Positions 27,373-40,942 of a stretch of 64,000 nucleotides of DNA are shown piece by piece; position 1 is the stretch's first letter, and every line of letters starts with the position of its first letter. The DNA lies in the NCBI GenBank assembly GCA_951406725.2, contig OX597816.1, forward strand, positions 148,118,001 through 148,182,000. Direction: 5' to 3'. The stretch comes from Octopus vulgaris (taxonomy: Eukaryota). The notes below the pieces were generated by a model. It searched no databases. It was given only the letters and a program-made list of their open reading frames with translations, and was not told the origin of the DNA. The position numbers and the translations under genes were made by a program.

Positions 27373-27576
27373 AGTATTATTTTTGTATTATTAAAACAAA
27401 TATTATAAACAATAATAACACTAATAATAATGATGATATTAATAGAACAATGCTAATAACATTGGTAATAACAGCAACTATAATAATGATGGTAATGAGT
27501 AATTACTATTATGGTCATAGGAATAATGACAGCAGTAGCGACGATAGGATTGGTTGTAATAAATACAACAGCAGTG

Positions 27577-27613
<37 letters not shown>

Positions 27614-27709
27614 AATGGATGTTGTTGGAGCTATCAGCTGCAACCATAATAATTTTAGCAACTGTTGGACTATTTGCCACGTCAGTAATGATAGCAGCCC
27701 TCATAGGTC

Positions 27710-28070
27710 ATTCCAATGAGGAAGTCACGTGGCCAAAATCTGCAATCATCGTATCAATTGTTAGACGACTTTCTCAACATCTAATACTGTCACACGCAAA
27801 AGTAATAATTCTGACTGGCCGTGTGGCAGCTATGATGTCAGCAGCAAAAGACAAGTGATTAACCTTGGCATCGTAGACAGCACAGTCATCAAACATTCTC
27901 ATTGCGCTTACTCTCATGTATATGTGGATTACACAACTATTCATGAACCCATTAACTGTTTTAACTCCCTTAGCTAACCGGTGGGGTTACCAGTTTAGTC
28001 GCCGACGACCCGACCATGCAACAGGTTGTACTGGGTTACATGTTACCAGTAGCGCTCAAGAGCGACCAAA
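27710..28070 (-). mobile_element. Decayed RTE-like LINE 5' end
   Basis: ~75 bp at 27989-28067 is homologous to 40818-40895 (gtttagtcgccg..acccgacca..catgttacca); followed by weak APE-like remnants. Confidence 0.45.
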
Positions 28071-28337
28071 GAAAAAAATATATATATATGCCTCTGTGTT
28101 GCATGCGCATGCTTGTTCGTGCGCGTGTGTGTGAGTGAACATACTTGCAGTATGCTGCAAAGAAATGACAACTCATAACTATTTTACCTTACTGTGAGCT
28201 CAATATTAACTACCCAACCAATTATATAGTTCTACTTCTTGATATTCCTAGATTCCAATGAATGCTGTAACTAATATATACATATAGATAAAATATAGGA
28301 ATATAGACATGAATTGATGTATATTCATATATATATA

Positions 28338-28577
28338 TGCGCCCTTTTAAAGCCTAGCCAGACTCATGGGCGCGGTTTCACAGTTTCTCTGGCGTATGTA
28401 TTCCCCAGCTGGACGGGACGCCAGTCCATCGCACCGTTACTCATTTTGCCAGCTGAGTAGACTGGAGCAACTTGAAATGAAGTATTTTGCTCAAGAACAC
28501 AACGCGTCGGCCGGTCCAGGAATCGAAACCACAATCATACGATCATGGTGCTGACACCCTAACCACTAAGCCACACG

Positions 28578-28583
<6 letters not shown>
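28338..28583 (-). mobile_element. tRNA-derived V-domain SINE
   Basis: Minus-strand head tgaggcgtgtggcttagtggttagggtgtcag..ggtttcgattcc and V-domain-like tgcgatggactggcgtcccgtccag. Confidence 0.8.
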
Positions 28584-28651
<68 letters not shown>

Positions 28652-28660
28652 AGTGAATTG

Positions 28661-28691
<31 letters not shown>

Positions 28692-28836
28692 TATACATAT
28701 ACACACCCCCCACACACATATATATATATATAAATATATATATGCATATATACACATACCACCCCCACACACACATACACACTTGTTCATCACTTGTTCA
28801 TGCTTGTTCATGTTTTGATTGAATTTATATATATAT

Positions 28837-29040
28837 AAATTCAATCAAAACATGAACAAGCAAAGAAAAACAACAACGTGACGACGTGGAATAAGTACAG
28901 TGTTATTGGACGCTCAGGAAAGGAATGAAAAGAAAGAGGATTTCACGTTTCGAACGGGGCTCTTCATCCGAAATATAGAAAAAATCCAAAGAATGGAAGA
29001 CGGAGAAAGAAAATCGCCAACGATACACATGCGGTCACAT
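28837..29040 (-). mobile_element. Penelope pLTR-like short repeat with degenerate hammerhead (28940-28974)
   Basis: Minus strand attt-CgGATGA-A-GAGC-ccc-GTTC-GAAACGT-g-aaat. A fragment of the same repeat lies inverted at ~52900-52970. Confidence 0.6.
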
Positions 29041-29046
29041 ATATGC

Positions 29047-29362
29047 CAAATGAAAGACGGACGATGGAATGTACGAGAATTTATTATTAATCACAACAAT
29101 TGTGTCGACACATCTACCATCGATTCCTCATGGGTGGGATATTCAACAACTGGTTCAGGAGCATTCGACGGTGCAGATCATGTCGGCTGATAAATTATAT
29201 ACAGCTCGTTAAAATAAGTTATACGATGTAATTTCCCGATTTGTAGAAAGAAAAGCAGACAAACGGAGGAAATATCTTCATTTACATAGATCAAAAATAA
29301 AATCACAGAAAGCAAAAAAAGAGAAACGACGACAACGAAATCCAGCGAGAAACGTATTAAAA
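29047..29362 (-). mobile_element. ~320 bp dispersed repeat, copy 1 (copy 2 at 61317-61638)
   Basis: Colinear similarity: acgagaattta/attattattaatcac..cgacacatcta..cagctcgttaaaataa..aggaaatatcttcat..cagcgagaaa. Confidence 0.8.
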
Positions 29363-29728
29363 ATGTGTGTGTGTGTGTGTGTGCGTGTGTGTGTGTGTGC
29401 GTGTGTGTGTGTGTATGTGTGTGTGTGTGTGCGTATCTCAAACGTGTATGTGTGTGTGTGTGTGCATTTCAAACGTAAAATTCTCCAATGTAAAATTTTC
29501 ACCTGAAGAAGGAAGCGGTATTATCCGATAATGGATCCAAGTAACTATGATTATTTCGGACCACCAAGACCCCAGAATCAGCTGTTGGACTCGTAAAACT
29601 TTACTCATTTATCGCATGATATCATTTATATCCTGTAAATCGGACTATTTTATATCCATACACTTGTAGATTTTTAATATTCTGTATAAATCGACTTGTC
29701 GAACTTGCTTGTCATTGCATTTACTCAT

Positions 29729-29785
<57 letters not shown>

Positions 29786-29860
29786 TATATTATACGCATA
29801 TATGTGTGTCTGTGCTTGTATGTTTGTGTGTACACAGTTATATATTCGTAAACATATATG

Positions 29861-29895
<35 letters not shown>

Positions 29896-29920
29896 TAACA
29901 TATATATATACATATATGTA

Positions 29921-29965
<45 letters not shown>

Positions 29966-30579
29966 ATGCGTGTATATATAAATGTATGTAAATATATCTG
30001 TGTATGTAAGTATATATGTATGTATATATGAATGCATCTTTATATATATGTGTATATATTTATGTATGTATATATTTATGTATGTATGTATGTATGTATG
30101 TATGTATGTATGTATATGTGTATATAGAGAGACAGAGAGAAGGAACAAAAGAGAGTGAAAGTATTAAACATATATAAAGGCAGACAAAAGATACATAGAT
30201 AAATACAGGAAATGAAATACTTTCGAATATTTAGTTGTTTCTTCAACCACCTAATCGCTTGCTAAAATCTTTTTAATGGTTGACAGTTAAACAGTTGGAT
30301 ATTTATCTGTCAAGGAAATATCATGTCTCCAACGTATATAGATTCAGACAGAATATTCCTCAATCGTTGAATATACAACGGCTACTCTTCAATATATCTT
30401 TTAAATATCCCTTTAATTGCGATGTGTCATATTCAGAAGATAGATAACGGTTTTCGTTCCTTTGTCACTTACTTTCGTTTAACATCTAATCTCTTCCTCT
30501 TTATTACGTGTTATCTTGATTTCTTGTTGCTGTTATTATTGTTATTTTGCACTTGTTATCATTATTTAACTTCAGAAGA

Positions 30580-33500
30580 GCTGTCGGTGCCAAAAATAGT
30601 AGAGTAGCGAATAAAATACCTTGCTTTACTAAGTTATATATCTAAGGTCTGAAATCGAATCCCACGAACGTCAATTTTAGCTTTCATCCATTTGGATTTT
30701 GATATGTGAAAGTACTAGCTAAGTACTGTCTTTCATATAACCGATTTACCCAGCTTCAAATTTCTAGCCCAAAGCCTATGTAAGGCAATTTGAACTGCTT
30801 AAGCGTTGTCGGTGTCACATAGCAATATTCGCGGATAAAACTTTGGAACATTTATCTTCTATAACATTATATTTATATCTTAAAGATCTAGAAATTCGAG
30901 AGATATAAAATAAATTAGAGGTAGTAAGAAACTCTAGAGAGAGCTGAACAACAGAGAGTCATCAGAGAAGAAGCAGCCCCACCTCATGTAAAAGTGCGGC
31001 CCTTAAGTGTGGAACAGAAAGTAGATAAAACTATAAATACCAGTCAGGGGAATCTTCGATTTTTTTTTACCATCCAAAACATTTTAATCCTATATTCTAT
31101 GTAGCATTATTTCTAGCTATATATACTTCGTGTTCCACCGTTAAAAATAATTTATTTTATATCTTCTGAAATTTTGACATTTTTATTATGTAAACATCTT
31201 ACTAAATTTCCAAAATGGATGGAGAAAGTTTGAAGGGTTGATTTGGTATGATGGTTAGAATGTCATTGTTGCACAAGATGCGTGTTCAGGTCCCATAGGT
31301 AACCTTGAACTCCTTTTTTATTTGAGGTGAGTTTAACCACCTATTCTACACTCTATTATTTAAAGCTTTATCTAGTTCGAGTTCAACTGCTAAAAGTTAA
31401 TTTACCACATAACCTTAAGTTTTAAGTTCGAAACCCACTGGCGTCTTCTCTGCATTGTGTCCTTTCATTGTCAATAAAGTAAGTACCAATGACGCATAAA
31501 CTAAACGCTACTGGAGCATTGAGGCCAATATAAAATTCATGAGCTGTGACCAAGTTGCAAATCCTAATTGCTTAAATAATTTAGAGCGATGAATACAACT
31601 GGGCGTTGAACAAAATGAGTTGAGACATTTCGATTATAGACATGTGTCTTCTAATCTCTCGACAGACTACTTTACATTACATCATTCCAGAAACGATAAA
31701 ATTAGTTTCTGAAATGGACAATTAACTATAATACGGAAACAATGTTTCTAGCCTTCTGGCGACATTAGATCATTCATTATTAATGCTAGCGTGGCAGATA
31801 AGTGCAGCAATCATTATTCGAAGTATTTAGCTCAGTCCTTTTGTATTTTGAGTTCAAACAGCTGAATTGTTACGTTTAATTTTCAGCCTCAAACGGTCGA
31901 AAAAATAAATGCAGTTAAGTAACAATATAGAAATATTTGGTTCTTATGATATGCCATAAATATGTATAACCTTCTAATATGTTATAAATAATTATTTATC
32001 TTCTTTTGCAATCATTTTTACCTTATTGTAATTTTAATTTTTCATTGATACTTCATTGTTCTCTGAAATATTGAGCCCACAAAGGAGTCTCTATCTTATG
32101 ACTAGACCTGCAATGCATACCTGCCAATCTAACTTAATCATACTTTATTCATTAAAAAATGGAAAGGATATGTTGTACTACGTGGCTCTTTATGTAATCC
32201 TTGAAACATTAAGTCTGAAAAAGATTGACACGGTAGGGAATAATTTAAACTGGTGTTAATTAGCAACAATAACGTATTCTTGGCCATTAACATGGGATAA
32301 AAGTGGGTAATACATTATCGAAAACAAAATCAAGAACAAAATTACATTTGGGAAAACGTGGCAAATTCAATTTTATGACGTTAACTTCAGGAGACAAATG
32401 TCACTTGAGAAGACATTACCATCAACGACTAAAAATGGCTACATGAATGTGTACCAACAGGCAATTTTTTTCTTTTAAGAGTATTATTTTTGTATAATCA
32501 TTTTTACTTCAAATTAGTACAAAACCTATTAAAATCCTTACTTCATTATTGAAAAGTGCCGACAGATGTTCGACTTCCTTTGTATAACCTGTTTAAGCAT
32601 AAATTCATTTGAGTTTCCGCATTGTTGTCAAACGAAAATGCAAATGAAGAAAAATCGGTGCACTTTTTCCATCGAGGAACAGTTAAGGCATCACTTTCTC
32701 CAGTGTTATATAAATCATCGTCATCATCATCATCATCATCATCATCTGCCTCAGCAGAGAAGCAAAGTCAGAAAAAGTTTTTTTTTTCATCGCTGCATAA
32801 ATCTATTGGCGATTCAGTTTCTTCCATCGATAAAGTCCGCTTATGTTTAGGCGCATTTGATGCTGGGGCGTTAATTGATGACGGCTGTAGCCTTGAAAAG
32901 TTTCGGAAACATCAATTGAGGACGTCCGGTCTTCTTTAATGAAACACCAATTGATGATGTCTGCCGTTTAAGGGTTAAATATAGCGTCTCGTTGCGGGAG
33001 AAGAAGCAGGATTTAATAAATATTGCTACAGTATTTCAAACAGTAACATGCAGGATATTAATACTCTGACCGTAAACTATCAGTATATAAAACATGTGTC
33101 GATGTTCCACTAAACGTTTTTGACCAACCGTTAAATAATAGGGGCTTCCAACAGTAAATCAGATGCTGAAAATATTTCCTCTGCTCTTTCTTGATACGGA
33201 AGCGCTGATTAGTAAACGGGAAGTTAGGCACGACGGCAGACATGTTTATGATGATTAGAGATCAGAGATTGTTGCATTTCAAGTGAATTCCCCAAAGTAA
33301 CAAAAAAAAAACGATGGAAAAGTATGTAGCTTGTAGTCGCAATGAATTAATCCGGACATCTAGCATGCCCGAAATTCTCTCCTCCTAGAGGGATGTTACC
33401 AGCTCTGGAATGATGGTGTAGTTCCAGTAAAGTAGAGTGCCTGAATATTTGCTGTACAGTATTTAAATTTTAATTTTATCTTCCATAGTTTTGAAACCAG

Positions 33501-36500
33501 ATACTCCGCGTCTACAAATACAAAGACCGTGACAAAATAAGAAACTAATGTAACAATATAGATTAAATTTGTAAGCACAAATCTTTCGTAAATAATATTA
33601 TTATACAAATGAGATATTTCTTTCGTAAGTGTGATATGATTATTGCGTGTAAGTAGAGAAGTATTAACATATTAAATGCGATATGTCGTCGAGGTATAAT
33701 TTATGTTTTCTGAGACAGCACCGCAAGAACATATGACCTTCGGGTTAATTAACTAAGTGACCAAGCAATAAAGATTCCATTATCATAGAAAATATATAGC
33801 TTTAAGAGCGGTAGAAATAGATCAGAATAACTACTTTCTAATATTTTATGTCATAATTTGACTATCTAAATTCTAATACGGGTGAAGACTTTTCATACTT
33901 CGGCATTGTATAAAACAAACACCAGTCACGTACTTATTTTGAATTAAATGCAATTGATTACTTGCAAATGAATGTCATGCCTTTCAATTTATCGTGATAA
34001 CATCAGTATAATGTAATATATATTCTTTTCTTTCATAAGAACAAGATTACAAATTTATTTTGCCAATGTGCCAAATATATACACAGTTGAGTATCTGACA
34101 GCCGTGCATTTACAAGAAAATTTGCAAGTCGGTGAACTGGAAACAAAATCTAGCTTACGAGGCAGTTCCTACTGTATCGCGTTCACAGTTTTGATGTCTC
34201 TCTCAAATCTAATATTAGTATTAATAAAGTAAAATTTCTTTAGTGCAAATCGAAATTTGGTCAATATCTCATCTTGTTTCGTTTATACATCAACTGGAAA
34301 TTCCAGTTTTTAATCACTTTTAACAATAAAGTCAACGAATGATAATTTCCTTTTGTCTGTATACAATGCACTTTTGTATGAATTAAGAATCGATAGACAC
34401 AAAAGTTTTAGTTTTGTGGTATATATTACATCGATTCGATAAAATTATATTGACTGCCTATCACAAGATTTAAACTCAGAAAGTGAAGCCCCAAATATAA
34501 ATCTGTAAATTATCGAACATTTGCTTCACGCCTGGATAAAGTAAAATAATGATTTTTACTTTGGTACAAGGTAACAATTTTGGTGAAGCTTTAGTTAATT
34601 TAGTTGATTTCAAAAGGAGATTGATAGTTATGGTATGGATGCGCGTAGGCCAAAAAGCAAAGTCAATGTCAAAAGGTCGTCTTTGAAATTAGAGTGTTAG
34701 TAAATGCAGCTAAGCACTTGAGGCACAACTCTATCTGTCAAAATATACTCGTGATTTTAATAGTTTATATTTTGTATTAGATACATGTCAAGCACTTGCG
34801 TCGAAAGCATATAGTTGATTTAAGCATTTACAGTTGTTATTAGTAATTAATTTATCGTCTTTAAAAGGATCAAACTTGAAGTCCATCAGAACATGAAATG
34901 AATGAGTAAGAAAAATAGACATAATTTTTAAAAAAAGCAATTGTTTACTTAGCTTCCTCTATAACAACTTCTCTGACCATAAATAATCACTCAGATCAGT
35001 CAATTCCTTTGTTAAATCTGATAACACTGGAAGAATGTAAACATATCACTTGAATAGACGAAGCTGCGTTTAAGGTCGTTAGAGTGTTGTTACAGGTTGT
35101 GACGGCAGCACTCGGTTTCACTGAGTACGTACACTTTTGATGTAGAATATCTGATACGGCGTGCTTCATCACGCAGTACATAAAACCTTCTCGGGGAACA
35201 GGTTGCGTGAGACGTGTTCTGTATATATCTGAGGTTTCGATGTGTAAAAGCCACTTGAAAGAAGAGGAGTTAATTATAAATAGAATCCACTTTAGGATTT
35301 CATGTTTTCTTTGCAAACGAAAATATTTATAGAAGAACATAATGAATAGAATATTTAAGTAAATGACCATATTTGTGAACAATTAATATAAAAGTTTTAC
35401 CTCTTTGATAGAACCACATTTCGACACCAACAATTTATCAGTGAGAATTTTGGAAATAGCAGCTAACACTTTACGAGAGAGATAACGAAATTACAATACA
35501 AACGTTGCCACTTGCCAAAGACAAGCCTTTAACGATATTATCATTTAATAAGATTCTATTCTACAAGTAAATAGTTTAGGCGGAAGAAACCATATTCGAT
35601 TTAACTATGAAATAAGATTTTATAGAATAGTGAGAATGTATCAGAGGAACGCTCGAGGGAAACAATTAGCAATGATCTGAGAGCTAAATGAATGTTTATT
35701 TTAATAACCTCAATCAAAATGCAATATAAAGGAGGGGGTGGGGCGGTTCTTAACGATTTCAAACAATACGTGTATGAAGGAGCTGAATAAAAAAAAAACC
35801 ATTTATACGACGTGAAAGTAGACCTCAATGTTTGCAGAAGTATTTGTAATTTAAATGTATTCAGTGTTTATAGTGGCGGCAGTCATGCCGATATGATATT
35901 GCATCTATTATTCGAGTTTGGAGAACAAGTAATGCAATTACATTTGGCAGCAAAGAATAGAAGATAGGCTCTGAACAGTGTCAAGTTGCTATGTATACCA
36001 TATAAATTATAACATTTTCTTCATTATCACAATTGTATGCCTAGGTTTATTATTCTCATTTCAGAGGAAGTTGTACGCCTATTATTTACTGAATGCCTCC
36101 TCACGTATTATATATTATCCTGGACCTAATGATCACATTGTTATCTTAATAAATTGACATATATATATTATACACACACTCAATACATAACTATCAATGA
36201 CATCAATCCTTCTGGCTTAGAAAGTCTCACTAAGCTACACTTCATTTAAGGTCAACAATTTCTACTCCTGTACAATTGTTTTAATCATTCTGTTCGTATG
36301 GCAAAATATTTACTCTAATCAAACTGACTTGTAGTAGATTGTTTCAAGATATCATTACCATCATCACCATCATCATTATTAACACCCTTCCTAGTTATAG
36401 ACTAGCCCTGGCAATATTATCTAATAATAGTTTACTTTCAGTTAAACATTATAAGATGAAAAGAAAACATTTTTTTTCTTAGAAAATATGGTGACTTAAT

Positions 36501-36870
36501 GAAAGCGAGGTATTTGAATTGCCTCGATACATTGTTCGAAAATCGTGTAGCTTTCATAATTTAACACACTGGATACACATCCTTTACAAAGAAGTTGTGA
36601 ACGTAACACCGAAACAATGTAAATACTTTTTTGTTACTTAACATTCCTTTAAGAAAGTTTCTTTGCCAATTTATGGAATTCTTGGCATGGAATAAAGTTA
36701 CGGATTGTGTAGAGAGTATCAAATCTAATTTACCGCAGTATATTACAGGCATTTATTTTAATGATTCCCAGATTCAACCTCAGCAGGATTTAAATCAGAA
36801 ATTGAGAGTAACCTTACCAAATACTGTAATATATTCCGTCACACACGGGTCAAAGAAAATGTAGTTCCGC
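30580..36870. mobile_element. Cluster of old, highly eroded SINE family B copies in both orientations
   Basis: Recognisable relics near 30590-30790, 31410-31490, 31790-31920, 33790-33960, 34420-34900 and 36700-36870 (ctttcatcc, gagttcaaa, aagtacc motifs). Confidence 0.55.
32600..32974 (-). mobile_element. piggyBac-like left end with subterminal repeats and acidic N-terminal remnant
   Basis: TTAA|CCCTT terminus on the minus strand (TTAA at 32975-32978); repeats gacatcatcaattggtg, gacgtcctcaattgatg, gccgtcatcaattaacg; then KHKRTLSMEE..DDDDD..PRWKK. Confidence 0.55.
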
Positions 36871-38008
36871 CTTAATTTCAACAGTTTTAACCTGGCTGGA
36901 TTTGAACTTAAAGCTAGACATTCCTATAACAGATTTAGTAGAACCTTCAGTTCAAATCTCTGGAAAATTTTGTTCAATACAAAACTGCATTCTTTTAAAA
37001 TCTTACGAAAGAGGATAAAATAGAATTTATATTCCTTATGCTTCTCGCATAAGCTCGGTTCCAAGTTCGACAATCACTTCAGGTTCATGCATTAAAGTCG
37101 CTGATGATAAGCAGCTCATTGATTATTGGTATAGTATCTTGGTGTTTATCTAGTAAATCATAGGCATATACACTCGTTATTATTCAGTTCACTTGTCATC
37201 GTAGGATTATAAACATTATAGAGTTGCGCTTCCATTTCAAATTAGGGTTATTTTAAGCTTCATTAGCCTATTGGGTATAGCAACGGGAAGTAAAACTACT
37301 TAGTAGCAAGTGGGTGGGTCAAAGATCAGGCTAACACTAATTTCACTCTGCGCACTATTCTCCTTTTTTTTTATCTCCCCTCTTCATTTGTTATAATGTC
37401 TGCATAACAGTGAATCAGTTTCATATCGACAATTGTAAGTCTTCGTTTGGTCCTTTCAGAACCCGTTACATTCTATAAGTAAATAATCAATTCTATGCGT
37501 TTCTTATTTTCTTTATTTTGAATACATAAACAAATACCCTAGATGGAATTGGAGGTGGGTTATCTCACCTGTCCATGACTTCCAGGTGTTTTAACACCCA
37601 GCACTTTAAGACTGTATTTCCCACCATCCGGGTTCGTAGCCTACCGGCAAGTACATTGCTGCTTTACATTAGACGTACGTTGTTGATAATGTTTATTACA
37701 CTAGCGCTGCTTGTATTTCATATTTTGATTTATTCTTACGTACGCATTGTTTGGGCACACATCCCCCCTAATTTTGCACGATATATGCATATAAGTCTTT
37801 GATTGGCGATATGATTCATGTGAGATCCTGTTCGGGTACGTGATGTTGATAAACCACAAACATGGCGAAACATCGATTTCCATTACTTTACATATTATAT
37901 CTTTAGTGTTCATGACTTTCAGGTATTTTAATACCCGGTGCTTTTAGAGATTATTTTCCACCATACCAAAATGTAGCGTACCGGCATATACTCTTACCTG
38001 TTCATTAA

Positions 38009-38070
<62 letters not shown>

Positions 38071-38166
38071 GAGTAAACACATAAATGTGAAACAAGGTGG
38101 AAAAAAGAGTACTCAAATACCAGTGGTGGAGTAATATGCTTTATTTAAAGCAGCAGAAAATTCAAC

Positions 38167-38213
38167 AAAACCTGTTACTCTGAGTTTCACGTTTCCGTTC
38201 GTCGGACAGTTTT
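38167..38213 (-). ncRNA. Minimal type I hammerhead motif with GAAA tetraloop stem II (U4C core)
   Basis: Minus strand aaaaCTGT-CCGACGA-ACG-GAAA-CGT-GAA-ACTC-A-GAGT-A-ACAG-gtttt; lies in a ~150 bp insert abutting (TA)n at 38011-38067. Confidence 0.7.
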
Positions 38214-39258
38214 TGCTAGAATAGAACCGATATCGGCCTTCCAATGTTAGCATAAATTTAAACATTCAGCCAAGGCTTAACATCCGTTTTGTATGAAAAC
38301 ACACCTGTATCCCACCATAACATTTATCTAGAACTATTTCACCTTCATTGGTCATGCTCTCATTTATATCATATCAAGATAGCTAAGATAAGAAAACGCC
38401 CGTCTGTGTAACATTCAAACCCTTACGGATAAACCTACGTGGATAAAACTCTACAAATATCTCTTTACTCGAATAGGATATGGTGCTCAAATTATGATTG
38501 GAATATAAATCATGATTAAATGCATTCTCCTGCTTGTGATATTAAGGTAATGATGGTTTGGGCCATTTCTGGCCGAATCTTATCTAAATAAGTATCTCAA
38601 TATATATTTAGAAGAAAGTGTACTCATCAGAAAATATCACTTATTTCTTCCTACGTGCGATCATTTAATTTGTAGAAATATGAATATGAAACTCGCTAAA
38701 GTAATACCTAAATACACACATATGCACACACACACACATACATATATGTGTGTGTACATGCGTGTGCAGGCGGTTGTGTGTGCATTTCCGTGCGATGTGT
38801 GTGTGTGATGTATAATACACAACACATGAATGTTATGTCTTAGGTCAAAGAGTTTACGTTTTTTATTACGTGTTCATACATATACATGTGATTAAATGCA
38901 ATAATTAGCTCTTAATGTGGAATGTAATAATTATTGTGCGCTGATGAATTCGAGATTAATATAGGCATTAATTAAGAAAGGGAAGGATATAGAAATAATT
39001 TGTGGAATTTGTTTGATCAAATATATGTAATATTAGCAACTGGAAATAAATATAATTTAATGGTTTTGTATTATAGAATAACAAACTGGATACAAGGAAT
39101 GTAAATAGGCTTGGTTTCGCTATTAAAAATGCTCAGTTTGGAAGGATGCAGTTCTTGCGTTCGGTCCTAGTGTGTTGGGTCATCGGAATGCATATTTCAA
39201 GATACCGATCTGTTGACCAATAATTTGCAAGTAGAATGTGACAAACAAATACTCTGCT

Positions 39259-39304
<46 letters not shown>

Positions 39305-39388
39305 GGTGAAATTAATTAATTTGGAATAATCATTAATTTCACCAAGTAGATTTCGGCATGTAAAAGCCCCATTCAAGGAAGGTTTCAG

Positions 39389-39634
39389 TAATACTAAGTA
39401 ATTAAGGGTTTAGCAACGATTTACCTCACCACACACCGAATTTAGAAATAGCAGTCAAAGAGTTATGGCTATTCTTTCTACCTAAAAGGGAGATCCCAGT
39501 AAAACCACAGCACTTACAAGGCAAACAACGCAGGCAGAAAGGTAGAAAGAATAGCCATAACTCTTTGACTGCTATTTCTAAATTCGGTGTGTGGTGAGGC
39601 AAATCGTTGCTAAGCCCTTAATTACTTAGTATTA
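39389..39634. repeat. 95 bp inverted repeat with 56 bp spacer
   Basis: 39389-39483 vs 39540-39634; 2 mismatches by eye. Confidence 0.95.
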
Positions 39635-39635
39635 T

Positions 39636-39695
<60 letters not shown>

Positions 39696-40149
39696 CTAGC
39701 TATTTTGACCCGTATCTCGCTCGGGTTTTGGTGTTGTTGTTGTTTTGTGCGTGTTGTCTCCTCATCTCTTTCTTCTTTTGTTCGTCTTGTATATGATTTT
39801 ATTGCCCTCTTCTTTCCAAAATCCCCCAAATTTTTACACCCACGATTAAAGATAACCGCCTCTAGACCCTGCAGCAATACCAAAAGCTACCATTATTGAA
39901 ACAGCGCAACCTGTCTATCCCATAAAACTCAATTTTTCCCATATTCCTCACCATGGCAACCAAACGGTAGCCCCGAGCGACTTGCAACCCTCCTCACATT
40001 ATTGCCCACCCCATTTTACCCCCCACCCAGTGTAAATTTGGGCGCCAATCCGACCCCATCTACCGCCCCTTAAACCGTTTCATCCCAAAATGAGACAAAT
40101 AACCAAGAAATCAAGCAACTTTTTCGCATTTCAGCTTTATAGATATTGA
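39696..40149 (-). mobile_element. Non-autonomous Helitron
   Basis: Minus strand starts A|TC and ends with hairpin cccgagcgagatacggg then CTAG|T, with no TSD. Confidence 0.7.
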
Positions 40150-40446
40150 TGAAGAAATTATAAATAAAACAATTTAACGTCATACTACAGCATTGCTCAA
40201 CACGTTTGAGCAAAGTTCATATTTATTAAGCATTAACCAGGAAGAAGGTGAAAGAGATCGAATTTTCGACTTCGTCGCCTTTCTCAGATATTGTTTGGGT
40301 CGATTTGATATAGAAAGTGAGCTAATGTGCGGCAGGAACATTTGATCACTATAAACAAATCATTTGTGCAGGTCATTCGGAAAAAAAAAACTTAACACAC
40401 ATACGACGTTTTCGCCGGGAGAAACCATCCTATATATGCATGTATG

Positions 40447-40509
<63 letters not shown>

Positions 40510-40511
<2 letters not shown>

Positions 40512-40910
40512 CGATGAAAACTTCTCAGTATCTTTAACATTGTTGGTGTCTTCATGCAATCCTCAAGCTAGCGCCATCATCTCAAGCACAATATCCCCAA
40601 AATCTTCCGTGCCATTCCATGCATATCCGGTTTTACATCAGAGTGGTCTACTACTAAAGACAAGCTTTGGCAAAACGTAAGGGGCGCCTCACTCGCAGTA
40701 GTCTCACTCGCAATTGCTATTGCTACATGTTCCTTGTTCTTTGTTCACACTGTTCATTGTTTCTGGTCCTACTGAGTTTCTAGTTACCCTTCTCACAACG
40801 AGACTTTTGTGAAGGCGCCGGTTTAGTCGCCGGCAACCCGACCACGCAAACTGTTCACTGCTTTCCATGTTACCAATAGTAATCAAAAGAGGTCTCACAA
40901 ATGACCTAAC
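40510..40910 (-). mobile_element. Decayed RTE-like LINE 5' end
   Basis: Shares its 5' segment with 27989-28067; remnants such as PDMHGMARKI resemble the APE motif R.HGVGF.I. Confidence 0.45.
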
Positions 40911-40911
40911 A

Positions 40912-40942
<31 letters not shown>

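Noticed and set aside
32860-32965. Clustered CAATTG/TAATTG sites as a homeodomain enhancer
   Set aside because: Better explained as subterminal repeats of a piggyBac-like end next to TTAA.
33476-33511. Minus-strand IWFQN after a splice-acceptor-like AG (homeobox helix 3 look-alike)
   Set aside because: It reads IWFQNYGR then stop, lacks the RR/K residues, and no helix 1-2 exon was found.
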